64,000 nt of DNA from Epiperipatus broadwayi (Eukaryota; Animalia; Onychophora), in assembly GCA_028023455.1 (NCBI GenBank), contig JAQFVV010000008.1, positions 14,508,001-14,572,000 of the forward strand, written 5' to 3'. This document shows positions 39,180-52,169 of this stretch, one piece after another. How positions within the stretch are numbered: position 1 is the stretch's first letter; the number at the start of each line of letters is the position of its first letter. Under the pieces are notes generated by a model that ran no database searches, was not told the DNA's origin, and was given only the letters and a program-made list of their open reading frames with translations. The translations under genes were made by a program, and so were the position numbers.

Positions 39180-40600
39180 AAGAACAGATTAAATCCTTTG
39201 TTCTTTATCGTTCGTTGTTGACGTATGAATGTTTTTTTTCATAGTTTATTGGAGGAGAGGAGTTTTTTTTTTACTTCCGTTTGAATTTCCTATACATTAA
39301 GCTAGGTGTAATTGATATTTTAATTATAATTCTGTAAAATCTGCTTTCTAGGACCGAAAGAAACAATATAAAACATATGAAAAAAAGAAACAACATAAAA
39401 ACAAACAAAAAAAAAACATAAAAACAATACAAAAAGATTTTTTTTAAAAAATTTCCTTCCTAAAAGAACAATGAAGGAAAATACAGCGCTTGTTAATTGG
39501 CGGTAGTGAGGATTTAATTAAAGAGTGTTCTATATTTGTTTTATTATTAATTTTGAATGGTCAGCTACCTGAGAGAAATTCCTAAGTTTCTTGAAAAGAA
39601 TTCATTTGGCCCGACTTATAAATTGTAAATAAACTTATATATAAAATTGATAAACCTTTGTAGGTTTCCGTAATGGGATTTTATTTACCTATTTCAGAAC
39701 GTGTACAAAATCTATCTTCTTAATATTACGAAGCAATAGATTACTTTGTCAAAAGAAGTTTTTAAGTTGGGGGGGGGGGGTAGGTAGGTGGTGGACAGTG
39801 GTTGCAAACTTTTAGAGTAAAAGTATATTTATTAAAATCACTAATGATTTGTTAGCTTCACTTTAATTAATGAAGAGATCATAAGTAAATTAAATGACTG
39901 TTCTATTAATTACAGCCATTTCAAAGAAGTAAATACGAGACGGGTGGATTGTTTCACTCTTAGGGAATACTCTTACACTATTCATTACAGGTTAAAAGAA
40001 AATTATGTCAAGGAAATAGAAAAGGAGAGGAGGGGTGCTTGTAAAGAAGTCTGATTTATCTAAATAATACATCGACTCTAGCAGATGTCTTATTTAAAAA
40101 GAGACGATTAATTCCCTTAGGAACGGAGGAGTCACTTGATTTATAACCATCTAATATTGGATGAGTAGCTCTTTTGTGTCGATTTTGAAAGGTCAATGAT
40201 TACTTTATATTTGATTGTACAAAGAAGTTGGGCTGGAAATATGTAATAAGGTCAATAGTTCGCTCATTAGACATTTATCAACATTTGGATTTTGATTGCA
40301 ATGAATTGACTCTTTAATTACAAAGAAATAAAATTATATTATTTCAAGAAATTCGATTGAAATAATGCTGACACAATTAAGCTGATTCATTTTGCATATT
40401 GTTGCAGAATACTGTATGTCTTTATTATTTTAATCAAAGTAAGTATAATATATACATATAAATGTGCATACAATCGCGCGTGTGTGTCTACTGTTGATCA
40501 ATTCACATGCTACTACAGAAAATCTGCTTTTTTACTTTATTAAAACATTTTCTTCAGCTTTGAAACTTTAGTTATAAAAAGAAGCGACGTTAATTGTATC
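39180..40600. promoter_or_regulatory. Second CpG-retaining region, possible promoter
   Basis: Several intact CpG clusters, ETS-like ACTTCCGT at about 39273; no coding exon could be assembled. Confidence 0.3.
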
Positions 40601-43600
40601 TGACAAATTTAAATGATTTTTCGTTTTTATATTGAATTTTTATGAAATTGAGTGAAGATACAGTTTATAATATACACAATTTTTCGCAATAACTTCAGTT
40701 GGAATAATTAATTATATGGCAATATATATATTGCTTATAAAGTAAAATACCATTAAAGCAATAAAGTTTAGTAAATATGGTAACTTTAGTAAACATTGTA
40801 CTTGGGTGATTATTCTTGAATTTAGATTTTCATAAGTAAGATTTAAAATTGAAATGTTTAGTAATAGTTTAAATAAATTCATTATAAAATTAAGAATAAA
40901 AATATATCAAAAAATTAAATAATAGAATAGTGTACAATTATAAATAAGTTAATAAAGGAATCCCAGATGGGATTCTACAAACAAAGACATTTCCCATTTC
41001 TATGATCTAATCTTTTTCACAGTACAATCCACACGTTTCTAAAGGGCAGTTCATGTATTGTCTATAGGTTTGGTCATCCCAATGTTCCAGCATCTTTTTC
41101 TTTTATTCCCATGATGAGCAGTTATCTATGAACTATAGTCTGCAAAAAGCTCAGTTTCTGTTGTAAATTAATATACAATATAAGCTAAATTGTAACTGCC
41201 AAATAAAGGGTGAAGAGTGTAATATATTGTCACAAGCAAGCTAGTATAGAAATCCAGACAGATTTTACAAATAGTAGAATATGTTTTGCACCTGTACAGT
41301 CCAATTTTATTGGCAGTTGGGCATGATAGCGTATGCCGTTTTTTTCTTTTGTTTCATTCTCATGATAAGTATATAACTATGCAACTATCTTGTAGAAGGA
41401 CCATTTATTACAGTAGAGGTATGTGGCATTGTGCTGCTGTTGTAGATTAGTGGATAAGCTAAGTAAAAGTTGTAATTGCAATATGTATGTAGAATTCATA
41501 TATATAAATAGCTGCAGAGATATTAGGATATATAGTACATCTTTGATATAATTATCTTTTTTTTTTCATTTCAGTAAGCAAAAGATAACATCTAACATGC
41601 TTCACTTTTCCTGGTGAGAATAAAATGGTTTTCAGAAAGGAATATAATTTTTTTCTGTTAATAAATATTTATTTAAAATAATGTTGCTAAATTATACGCC
41701 GAAAATCCAAATTATCTGTTACTCAGTAAAACACACATAACATTTACATAAATTGCCAGATAACTTCTCAATGCAATTGTTTCATCCTCTGAAAAAAAAG
41801 TAACTGCGAAATAATAATTCATCAACATTTTGATGAATTCAAATCTTACCATAAAAAAAAAAATGTTACAAAAGGAAAATTAAAATATTTATTATAATTC
41901 TTGACTATTTGTGGGTGCTAGACTTATGCTACTGATAGGATTCATAAATAACAGATTATGGAATGACTTTCTAACATGAGAGTAAGAAATGCTAACTATG
42001 ATAATGAGATTACAAATTTGGGAAATCATATTTTTACGCTTTGATTACATGCACAGCAATTTTAATCAATTGTAGGGATAAATTTAATAGATTGGGAAAC
42101 CTGAGTTTTCTTAAATTGGATTTGGAGATAATTTTAATTTGGCAAAGACTGTATACTTTAGAGATATCTATTTAAGAGTCTAAAAACAGTCTATTTCACA
42201 TAACCTGGAAAATCTCTCATTAAAGCAGTAGAAATAGTTGTAAAAACAATAATGGTAATGTTGATAAAGCAGGAATTAGTCACACTAATAATGTGAAGTA
42301 TTTTAACATGAATTTTTAAAAATATAGTTACATGAGATATGCACAGTTTGCATTTTATGATCTGATTGGAATACAATACCACGGCTTAGAAGCTATAAAG
42401 ATATAAGATTGGTATAGCTGCTCTTAGTCAAATTCATTTTACTAGAAGAAGGAAATTTTACTTAGATAGATGACTGCATATTTTTGCATTAAAGAAACCA
42501 GATATGATTTAGTGTCAGATCTAATTTGATATATTTTATTTTTGGAATTTTAGATGTGTTGCTGAAAAGCTAATATTATCAGAACATATATTTTACAGCG
42601 ATATCTGAGCCTATTTTAATAGTACATATGCTCTACAATTTTATTAAAACAGTTTAAAGAACTTTTATTTCTTGATGGATAATATTATTACATTATACAA
42701 ATTACTATATTTATTTATTTATTTTTGAGATTTGAATGCATATGGTGATAGAAACAATATATTTTGATCTGAAAAGTTTTTATGCAATAAAAGATCTACT
42801 GTAATTGAATTTTGGAACAATACACATATTGTTACAAACAGTTTGTTTATGTAGAAAACTCATTATAAAGTAACTTGAAAGCACACATGTTCAAAACAGA
42901 TTATTATATCCCAGTAATAGTTACGTTTAAAAGTAAATCATTTTGATGGTATTCATATGAAATTTGATGTTTGCTGAAGTATCTAATTTATCATCCATTA
43001 AACACTTAAATACCACTTTGAATTTTTAAGATTGACATGTTATTGAAAGAGAGAATTTTCTTAGGAAGTAGATTATCGTTAAAATTAAATTTGTTCTCCG
43101 GTTTACTAAAAAGCATTCTGATGGATTCTCTGATATTCATTTTAATATATCAAAGGGAAATGCCAGACTCCCACTTATCAGAATATTACCATTTATAGGA
43201 AAGTTTAAAAATGATTGGTGGATTAAAACTGCAAGATAATATAGCCTTCTGTTTGTTGTTATTTTAGATCCCTTTTTTTTATATACAATTGAAAGGTGTG
43301 ATCCTGAAAACTAAATCTGTGAATGGAACATTTTAACATGATATTTTGAACAAGTGAAGGGAGTGTAAAATGAGTCAAAATACATGAACGTTTAAAATAG
43401 GGTAATCTTATGTTAGTTTCAAAATAATTGAAATTTTTTAAGAAAAGAAAACACTATAGAAAATGATTTAAAGAATGATGTGGACTTCCTCTCTAAATGA
43501 ATAATGTTTTTAAAAAATGGAGAAATATTTTAGATATGTTTTTGTTATCACACAAATGCAAAAAAATGATTCGAGAAGTAGTTTAATTTATATACTGTGC

Positions 43601-44850
43601 TTATTGATTTATATAAGGTATTTGGCTCAATTAAGTGAAGAAGAAAAATTATTTGGTAGTCCATTGAAGTTTCATTTTATGTAACTTTTATGTAATTGTT
43701 GAAAGAGAGCTTTATTGTTTATAACAAAAATCTGAAATGTTTAAGATGAAAACTGGTATTAAATAAGAATATGTACTAGCATCAGTTTTCGGTGGGTTTT
43801 TTTTTTTTTTTTGCGTGACAGTGGTTTTTAGAACTGTTCGTGGGAAGCTTTATGAAGCAGGCATCAAAAGTTTGTTGGTAGAGCTTTTAAATAAGTTCTT
43901 CATCATGGGTTTTAAATTTATAATATACTGATGATTATGTTACTCTTATAAATTTAAAAGTTGATCTACAGAATGTATTTAATGTTTTGAATACAATCTA
44001 AGTAATTTAGTAATTAAGTGCAAGAAACTAAAATTCTTTATCAGTCAGAGGAAAAGAATCTCAATAATTTTTAGTTTGAGTGGTTATTGACTTGACAGTG
44101 GGAGTCAATTTAAATATCTTGTCCATTATTTAGATAGAACGTGGATTTAAATGATGAATTGAAGTTTTCAATATATTACTTTTGTACTTAAATTAGATTC
44201 ATTATTTCATCATAGCAATATAAATAGTACAACTAAATTGTTTTTTAAGGGCTATTATTTTGCCTAATTTATTTTAAAGATTTATGTTATAAAGTAATAT
44301 ACATGCATCATATAAATTTTTTTAGAGGGTGAATGTACCATTTTAAAAATGTGATAATAAGTTCATCAGTATGTTCTTCAGCATCCAACAAGCAGTAGAA
44401 CATTCTGAAAATCTATTATTGTAAAGGTATATCTCTGTTTGACTGCCATTTGAAGTGAACAAATACTACAATAAGGTTTAAGCATTTTATGGTGAACTGG
44501 AACACAGTTTTTAGGGAGAAATGATCTATTTACATTAGGAAGATTATCTTAAGGATACTTTAAAGAGTATAATATGATTGTTTTCACTGGAAAAGTAGAG
44601 CTGAGAATATACAATGGAAAAATCCTAATTATGCAAAGTGTTGAAGTATTTCAAAAGATAATTTTTGTAGAAAAAAGTTAAAAGACAGCATCATAAGATA
44701 AATAGATAGACTAAAGATGTGACAGAAGTGGTTGCATTTTCGTTACAAACTCATTTTTATTATATTTTTTCTTTCAGTTTTTTTTTCTCTTTTGGAGACA
44801 AAATGACAGTGCTCATAATTAAAAAATAAAGAAATTATTTACAACAGTAT

Positions 44851-44942
44851 TTTTTTCCCCCATATGTCATAGCATCAGCTGGGAGCGAACTCGCAACAAC
44901 TGTCAGGCAGCTGCACTGACCTCTTAGCTAACAACGCTTGAC
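44851..44942 (-). mobile_element. 92-bp tRNA-derived retrocopy / very short SINE
   Basis: A-box TAGCTAAGAGG, B-box-like GAGTTCGCTCC, A6 tail, flanked by exact 11-bp TSD TACAACAGTAT (44840-44850, 44943-44953); cloverleaf imperfect. Confidence 0.7.
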
Positions 44943-45580
44943 TACAACAGTATGACAAGACACAAAAAGTAATATAAGTAAAAATTTACCAAAAATGAAA
45001 GATAATGAAAAGATAAAAAAAGACTATCACTATTAGAATATCAGTAATGAATGACAATAACTTTATAAAACCTCTGGAGAATCTTTCCAATAGTAGGAAT
45101 CTCTTAGGATTTTTTTTAATAATGTTTGTCAAAACGTGCATATTTCACAAAACTTCTAAGCTAAATAAAACAATTTCATATGAAATTTGCACCATTTCAA
45201 AATAATTGGAATTAAAAACAAGCAAACTTAAAATGTTCACAATAAAGTGGTTTAAAATTAGCATTTAGATAAATAAATATTTTTGTTTTTGTGTGTTTCA
45301 GCATTTTAGTACAATTGTTTAATACTAAGAAACAGTTCTTTTCATCCTATTCTAGACCCATCTACTATAAGCAGTCAAAAATTTTACATTCCCAAACTAG
45401 AATCGATTGTTTATGTTTTCCAACTCAGGATTCAAAGCTGGAAATGATGCCATTATTTATGTAATACCCATCTTTTACTCTTTAATTCCATTTAAGATAA
45501 TAAGCAGAAATTTAAAAAAAAGATTTGAATACATTACAATTCATTTGCATAGTTTTAGAATTTTAAAACTATAGAAATTG

Positions 45581-45828
45581 TACTAAATAGAAGGACTTGA
45601 ACTTAGGATTTTCAGTCTATATTCATCCTCCAGTATATCTTAAACAAGTAATACACATGATCACACATATGTGAAAAAGATAAATGATCCCCAGTATATG
45701 TATTTCATGCACAACCAGCACTCATCAGTTGGACCAGATCATAATCTCCCACACATATATACAATCGATGCTCTGCTTATATTAAGATAGCAATTCTTTA
45801 AACTTTAATGGATGGGCTTCAATCTTCT
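45581..45828 (-). mobile_element. Hammerhead-containing repeat, subfamily A copy 3
   Basis: Colinear with 7011-7253 over about 250 bp with nearly the same boundaries. Confidence 0.85.
45690..45733 (-). ncRNA. Minimal type I hammerhead ribozyme with intact catalytic core
   Basis: TCCAA CTGATGA G TGCTG GTT GTGCA T GAAA TACATA T A CTGGG: CTGATGA, GAAA and UA cleavage site intact; mismatches in stems I and II. Confidence 0.8.
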
Positions 45829-46881
45829 TATTTATATAATTATGTAAATAAATTGGATTGGGCTCAAAACTACTCTTTTTTTAAAAAAAATTAGGTTATT
45901 TGCTTAAATAGTATAAAAAAGTAAAATAAGTTGTTAGCTATAATATTCTCATTCCCAGAGTAGATGCAGCCTTTTATCTTAGCAAATGTGGACTTTTAAT
46001 TCAAATCCAGAACAAATACACTGCACATAGCTACTATCTTTTATTATTTATATTATTTCAGTTAAATGCCTAAAAAAATCTCTAAGGTTTTGAACCCATA
46101 CTAACTTATTTACATAGTTATATTACACAGACTTAGTAGGAGAGTTTTGTTTAGATGTCAAAATGAAATAGGATTAGTAGGAGGTTGGAGGACTTTGTAG
46201 ATTGTTGTCTAAGCATTCAAATGTATTAGAACTAGTAGAAAGTCTTTATGTGGATAACAGATCTATATTTATATTACTATATAAATGTGGAAGTTTGTTT
46301 GTGACTTCATAACTCAACAAATATTGCGCCAGTCTTGTATAATTTTGAATGATTTGTCCTTTTTTGTATAGAATTTTACTAGCATACAAATTTTTGCTTT
46401 GTTTAAAAAAAAATATGATTTTCAAAATAAAAATGCATGGAAAATCTATCTCATAATTGTTTTTGAGTAGGACATCATAAAAACCAAAAAGAGGGTAGCA
46501 CCGATTAAAAGATTACAGAATTGAATTTTTTTTTTTTACAAAAAGTATAATTGTTGGTAAAGCAAGGTAAATATATTTTTAATTAATTAGATTGCATTTG
46601 TACCATATAATTAATTTTTCATTTGAATAATGACAATTTAGATCAGTTATATTGATAAACTTTTAGGATTTTAATTTAAATATATATGTAACATGTGTTA
46701 AAGTAATGTTTAAAATGGCACAGTTATAGAAAGAGGAAATACTACTAAATTTGATAAACTTTTACTATAAAATTGATAAACTTTTAGGTATGTCAGTTTA
46801 CTTGAGAAAGTAAATTTTAAAAATTCACAGGTATATCAAGGGAATTACTATTGAATTTGATAAATATTTACCATTTACCAT

Positions 46882-47070
46882 TAATAGTCATAAGAGAATC
46901 ACTCTGACCCATACACTGTAAGAATTTATAAAGCTGAGGAATACTCTCATTTTTTAAACACAAGATAGTCTTTAAAAAGATAAGAATGAATTCACCTTAA
47001 AGTGAGATTAATTTTCAGCTTTATAAATTCTTACTGTGTATGTGTCAGAACGATTCTCTTATGACTATTA
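46882..47070. mobile_element. Palindromic MITE-like element (about 55-bp arms)
   Basis: TAATAGTCATAAGAGAATC..AATTTATAAAGCTGA and its reverse complement; partial second copy at about 48140-48260. Confidence 0.75.
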
Positions 47071-47095
47071 CAAATAAAAAAGCATGCTACTAGAT

Positions 47096-48087
47096 CAGGG
47101 GTGGGCAACATTTTTCATCAGCAGGCCAAATAAAAGGTTTGTATCATAATATGAGCCCAAATAGATTGAACAATTTAACAAAAAAAATCAGAATCTAAAA
47201 AATGTTATATTACTTGAATTACCAAATTATCAATGTATTTCAAAATAAAGTTACCAATATTTAATGACTTAAATAGAAATTGATTATAGATAGGTACAGA
47301 TAAGAACTAGCTTTTGTCACAGCTCTACTTGTATTTGACAACATTTTCATAGTATTTTGTTGCTTATGCAAACCATATTTTAATTTTTTTGCTTCAACTT
47401 TAATTTGTTCTGGTGAAAATAGTTTATATTTTATGAAATGTTTTGTTGAAAAATGCTTTTTTAGATTATATTCTTTAAAAATGGAAATAGTCTCATTACA
47501 AACCAAACAAACAGCTTTATCATTTATATTTGCAAATAAATATCTGAATGTCCAATGAAAATGTGGCATTTAGCATCAATTTTTCTTTTTTTCTAATTGG
47601 CTCATTTTATAGGCTATAAAAAATTAAAAATTGTAATAATTAGAAAAGACAAACTTACTTATAAAATATTATGCACCAATATTAATTTTTTCAATAAGAA
47701 GTTAAACCCAAAAGAACTTTGTTTGATTAATCCTACAATAATAATTAAGAAATAATATTCTGATGCTGCTAGCTGCAGGTATAAAAACAGAAATTAATAT
47801 TATTTGCAATGTGATTCCTCCCATATTTTTATATTTTGTAATATAAAATTGGTATTTTAGAAGTTATGATTAAATTTATGCAAGTTATGATAAAAATTTT
47901 ATAACTAGCATTTTATATTTTTCATGGAATTATGATAAAATTAATGTTATATGAACATGTGAGTGATAGGCCTAGAGATTGCAGTTTACAACAAATGTAG
48001 TCAGGTATGGATTTTATGTATTTAGGCATATATGGAGTGGGATGGATTGAACAACATATGGGCTGAATGTGGCCTGAGGGCTCCCTG
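47096..48087 (-). mobile_element. Internally deleted hAT (Charlie/SPIN/Buster-type) transposon
   Basis: End CAGGGGTGGGCAAC at 47096; degenerate 8-bp TSD TACTAGAT / CATTAGAT; carries a transposase N-terminal fragment. Confidence 0.8.
47261..47569 (-). pseudogene. hAT transposase N-terminal zinc-finger fragment (SPIN/GTF2IRD2-like)
   Basis: WTFRYLF..DKAVCLVCNETISIFKEYNLKKHFSTKH..L..QQ..KAS is the characteristic Charlie/SPIN N-terminus; no catalytic domain. Confidence 0.85.
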
Positions 48088-50601
48088 CATTAGATAAATA
48101 AATAATTAGTTATATATATATATATTTAGCTAAAAAAGACAAGGCAGATTCATTCTTACCTTTCCAGAGACTATCTTGTATTTAGAAAGTAAGGGTATTC
48201 TTCAACTTTATAAATTCTTACAGTGCATGTGTTGGGGTGATTCCTTATGACTACTACAAATAAAAAATAGATAAATAAATAATTAGTTATATACATTCAT
48301 CTTTAAGTATATTATCATGTGATGAAGTAAGATTTAAATATACTAATTAACATGTGAAAAAGAAAATTTTAAAATGGCATGGGTATTTTGCCTAAACTCC
48401 ATTAATTAACTAAAATACTCATTTAGTTATGATAATAAAAAGATATCAAATATAAGAAGAAAAAAATAACTTCAAGAGGTAGGTTCCCATTATTTATCTT
48501 CTAAAAAATATCCACTTACAATAAATTAAATAAAACATATTTTTTTACAATATTGAAAAAAATTTTGTTCTCTATTCTTTATTTGTCTATTACCTACCTA
48601 TCATATTATGGATATTTGGTTAATGATATTTTAATTTAAACAATAAATCAAAAAAAATAAATGTGAGAGATAGCCTTGCATTATTTATATTTGAAAAAGT
48701 GTTGAATTACAATAATTTTTAAAAAGCTGACTTTTTTACAGTGCTTTATAAATTACTTGAAACAATATCAGAAATTATCAAATACAATAAATTATTTATT
48801 TTTAAAAACAATAGCAGTATGCATAATAAATTAACATTATTTTATTAAAGTGCTTTGTAAATTATATACTTTTAACAATATTAAAAAATATTCAATGCAA
48901 TATTTTAAAGAGTTATTAAAATATATTTTTATTATTCTTTATATATACAATACAAACTAATATCTTATAATTTTTGTGGTGAATAGCTAAGGCATGTTAT
49001 TAAACAGTCCATGCATTGATTCAGAGATAACACCTCAGATAGCTTGGAGAGAGTTCCAGTCTCTTTTTTATTTGGACACACATATTACAATTAATGACAT
49101 TGTCAATAATAATATTTGTTAATGAAGTTTATTAATCAAACTATACACAAACATGAAAATGAATAAATAGTTAGACACTTGTGTCAATGCATAAAAAACA
49201 ATCATAAATTTACAGCATTTTATCCAGAAATGGGCATAATCAGGCAACTGGAGACTACACCAGTCTTATTGCCCCTCCTCATATGCCAATACAATGATAT
49301 GTATTAGTTAAATTAGAAATTTATTATCCTATTCAATAGAAAGATAAATACAGTATATACATTGGAAAACATGTAAATACATATGTATTACAAATAGAAT
49401 GCTAGGAACTGGATTTCTTAAAACTTAATTACCATATATAAATGAATTGTATAATTATTCAAATTAGTAATGCATGATTCTGGTCAATAGAATAAAATTT
49501 AATAATAAAACTCTTGAAAAAATGCATATGTAAATATATTATAACTTCTAAATAGTAGCTAGGAACAAATTCCATGAAACTATTATTTATATATGATTAT
49601 TTATAATTAATTAATTTTGTTACATGTTTTTGTCTTTTGACATGTCTTGAATATTCTATATATATCAGATATGTTTAATAATTAATAATGCTAATTAGTT
49701 TATCACAAGAAATATATTTAAAATAAAATACTAAAAGTTGATTATTTAATAGTATAATTGATTATAAAAAGTTATTTTTTTGCAATATTAATGCATGCAT
49801 TATTATTTCATTTAAATAATATGTAAATATAGAAACCATGGAAACAGCTACATATTGTGTTAGTGCCAACCAGAGTAATCAATGCACTACTGTATGGAGA
49901 GTTTTGCCTGTTTAATAACAGTAATGTGCTGGCATAAGAAATAGTGATCATGTAATGTTTAGTGGCTTTTATTTGTTTTCAACTTCATTATAGAATAACA
50001 ACATATACAAGTTATTTGCCACTTAATTAGATTTGATATGAGACAGTGTTTTTCTTTACCATCAACTATAGCAGCTTAATATTTTTAAATTTTATTGCAA
50101 ATTTATTTAATATTAAAATATATATGCCTAATGATTATGTATCGTTTGCCCAGGGTGCCACAAGTAAATATCTGAAATAATAATGATCCTCTTTCTTGCT
50201 ATAGTGCACTCCAGATATATTTAATTAGTGATCTACATTATCACGTTTTATTTAAGGTACCATTAACATATAATATTACATATCATAATTATAAAAATGT
50301 GCAAATATTGTAAAATGTAGATATCAGTTTTAATTTGTCTCAAATGCAAAATATTTTAATACATAACCAATTTATTTAATCATGAAAAATATTAGAAAAC
50401 ATAGAATTAACAATTATTGTTTTAACTGGAATATTAAATAATTAGTACAGTTTGACAATATGACTTCATTTAATTAAGAATAAAGAATCTAAATTAATGA
50501 CTAATTATTTGGATACCTATTGAAGTATGAGTTTAAAAAAATGGAATGAATTATAATTCTCTTTTATTCCCATATATATTTTTTGAAAATTACTTTCGAT
50601 C

Positions 50602-50680
50602 TATTACTACTGCTAACTACTACTATTATTACTACCACTACTACTACTAATAATAACAATAATAATAATTATTATTATTA
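50602..50680. repeat. Compound (TAC)n/(TAA)n/(TTA)n microsatellite
   Basis: Direct reading. Confidence 0.85.
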
Positions 50681-51357
50681 TTTCATTTTAAGGGTTATAT
50701 TACTTGATGAATTATTTGTCTTAGAAATATATTTACAGTTTTAATTTGGGTTCAACTTTTAAACAAATAATAATTAATGTTTATATAAAAAACAAACAAA
50801 CAAATTTCACATCTCAAAAACTTTGTGATCCAAACTTTTAAATTACTCCTAACAACACACATTTTAGTGACTTAGTTTGTACTTTTATTATGTTAAGCAT
50901 GCATTATTGCATACATTATTTGCAGGTTAAGGCTACATGACATAGGAGTAGCATACCTTGCTACCATGACTACAAACTTAGTGCTTGAAATCAGACAAAC
51001 AAGCTTGGGATTTTTTTTCTTTCAGATAGCTACCCATAGCTAACCTAATTAGTTAGCCAATAAAATAAGAAGTGAAAAATTGTTAAAATTCTCATTGTCT
51101 GGTATTTGACAAATCTGGAGTAATGCTGTTTATCTGACTGTTCTCCTTTGGAGGGCGGATGGAAAAGTCTTTGCCTTGCACTGGGCTATTTATAGAATTT
51201 ATTTATTTTGTCCATGTTTATGTTATAAATATAAAAACATTTTTTTTTTGCTTATTTTCCATCTTTTCACAGCTCTAAAATTTTATGGAAATGAATTAAT
51301 TAATACTATAGGTATTTTTTTTTAATATATATTATACATTAATACAGGCCTACGCAC

Positions 51358-51450
51358 TTTGATGTAGTGGAAAAAAGATAACCTCAAGCTAAAGATCCCT
51401 GAATCAAATCTCATCTCTGCGACTTCTTGTGCTCGAACATCACATGACCT
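51358..51450 (+). mobile_element. Possible degenerate tRNA-derived SINE head
   Basis: GATGTAGTGG (A-box-like) and TGAATCAAATCTCATCTCTGCGACTT (B-box-like); a similar weaker relic at about 17640-17700. Confidence 0.35.
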
Positions 51451-52169
51451 CTGAGTTTGACACAAAAGCAAAATATAGCTGTATAAATAACTTTATCAAT
51501 GTTTCTGAACTAAAATTATTCTCCTTTCATATTATTTAAACAATATGGTTTATAATTTTTTTTCTCACATTCACGCACACTTTGCGAATTATATTAAAAC
51601 GACAATCTAATATTAATTGACAAAAAAAGAAAGAGATCGTTTAATTTTACTTTTTTTTTTTTTACTTTTCATTATTAAAATTAAACTAATAACATAAATT
51701 TAACTTTCAAAAGCTTTGGATATTTCAACAGGGCTGGGGGGGGGGGATTAACAAATGTAAAATATTTAAATAATACTTATTTTCTGCTGGAGAGGATATT
51801 AATTTTACTTTAGATAAAAAAAATTGTGTGGAAATAATTTATTTTGGGTTAATTTCTATTAAACTAATTTAATCAATTTATTTCATTTCTTAAAAATCTA
51901 AAAGTTAAAACTTTGTTTTCTATGTTTTATGTTAAAACAAGAGTTTTTTTTTATCAGTAATGTAAACAAAGATAAAATAAATAGGCTATTTACATATCCA
52001 TTTCTGTGATGAACAAATATAAAAAGGTTATTGAAGCAATACAGTATTTATCTTCCGAATAATGTGTGTAACAAACATGTCGAATAAAATAATATAATAA
52101 ACTACAATGAAACTTCAATCTATTCATTATTTTAATATTGATTACTGCAGCTTGCAATAGGTGGCATTA

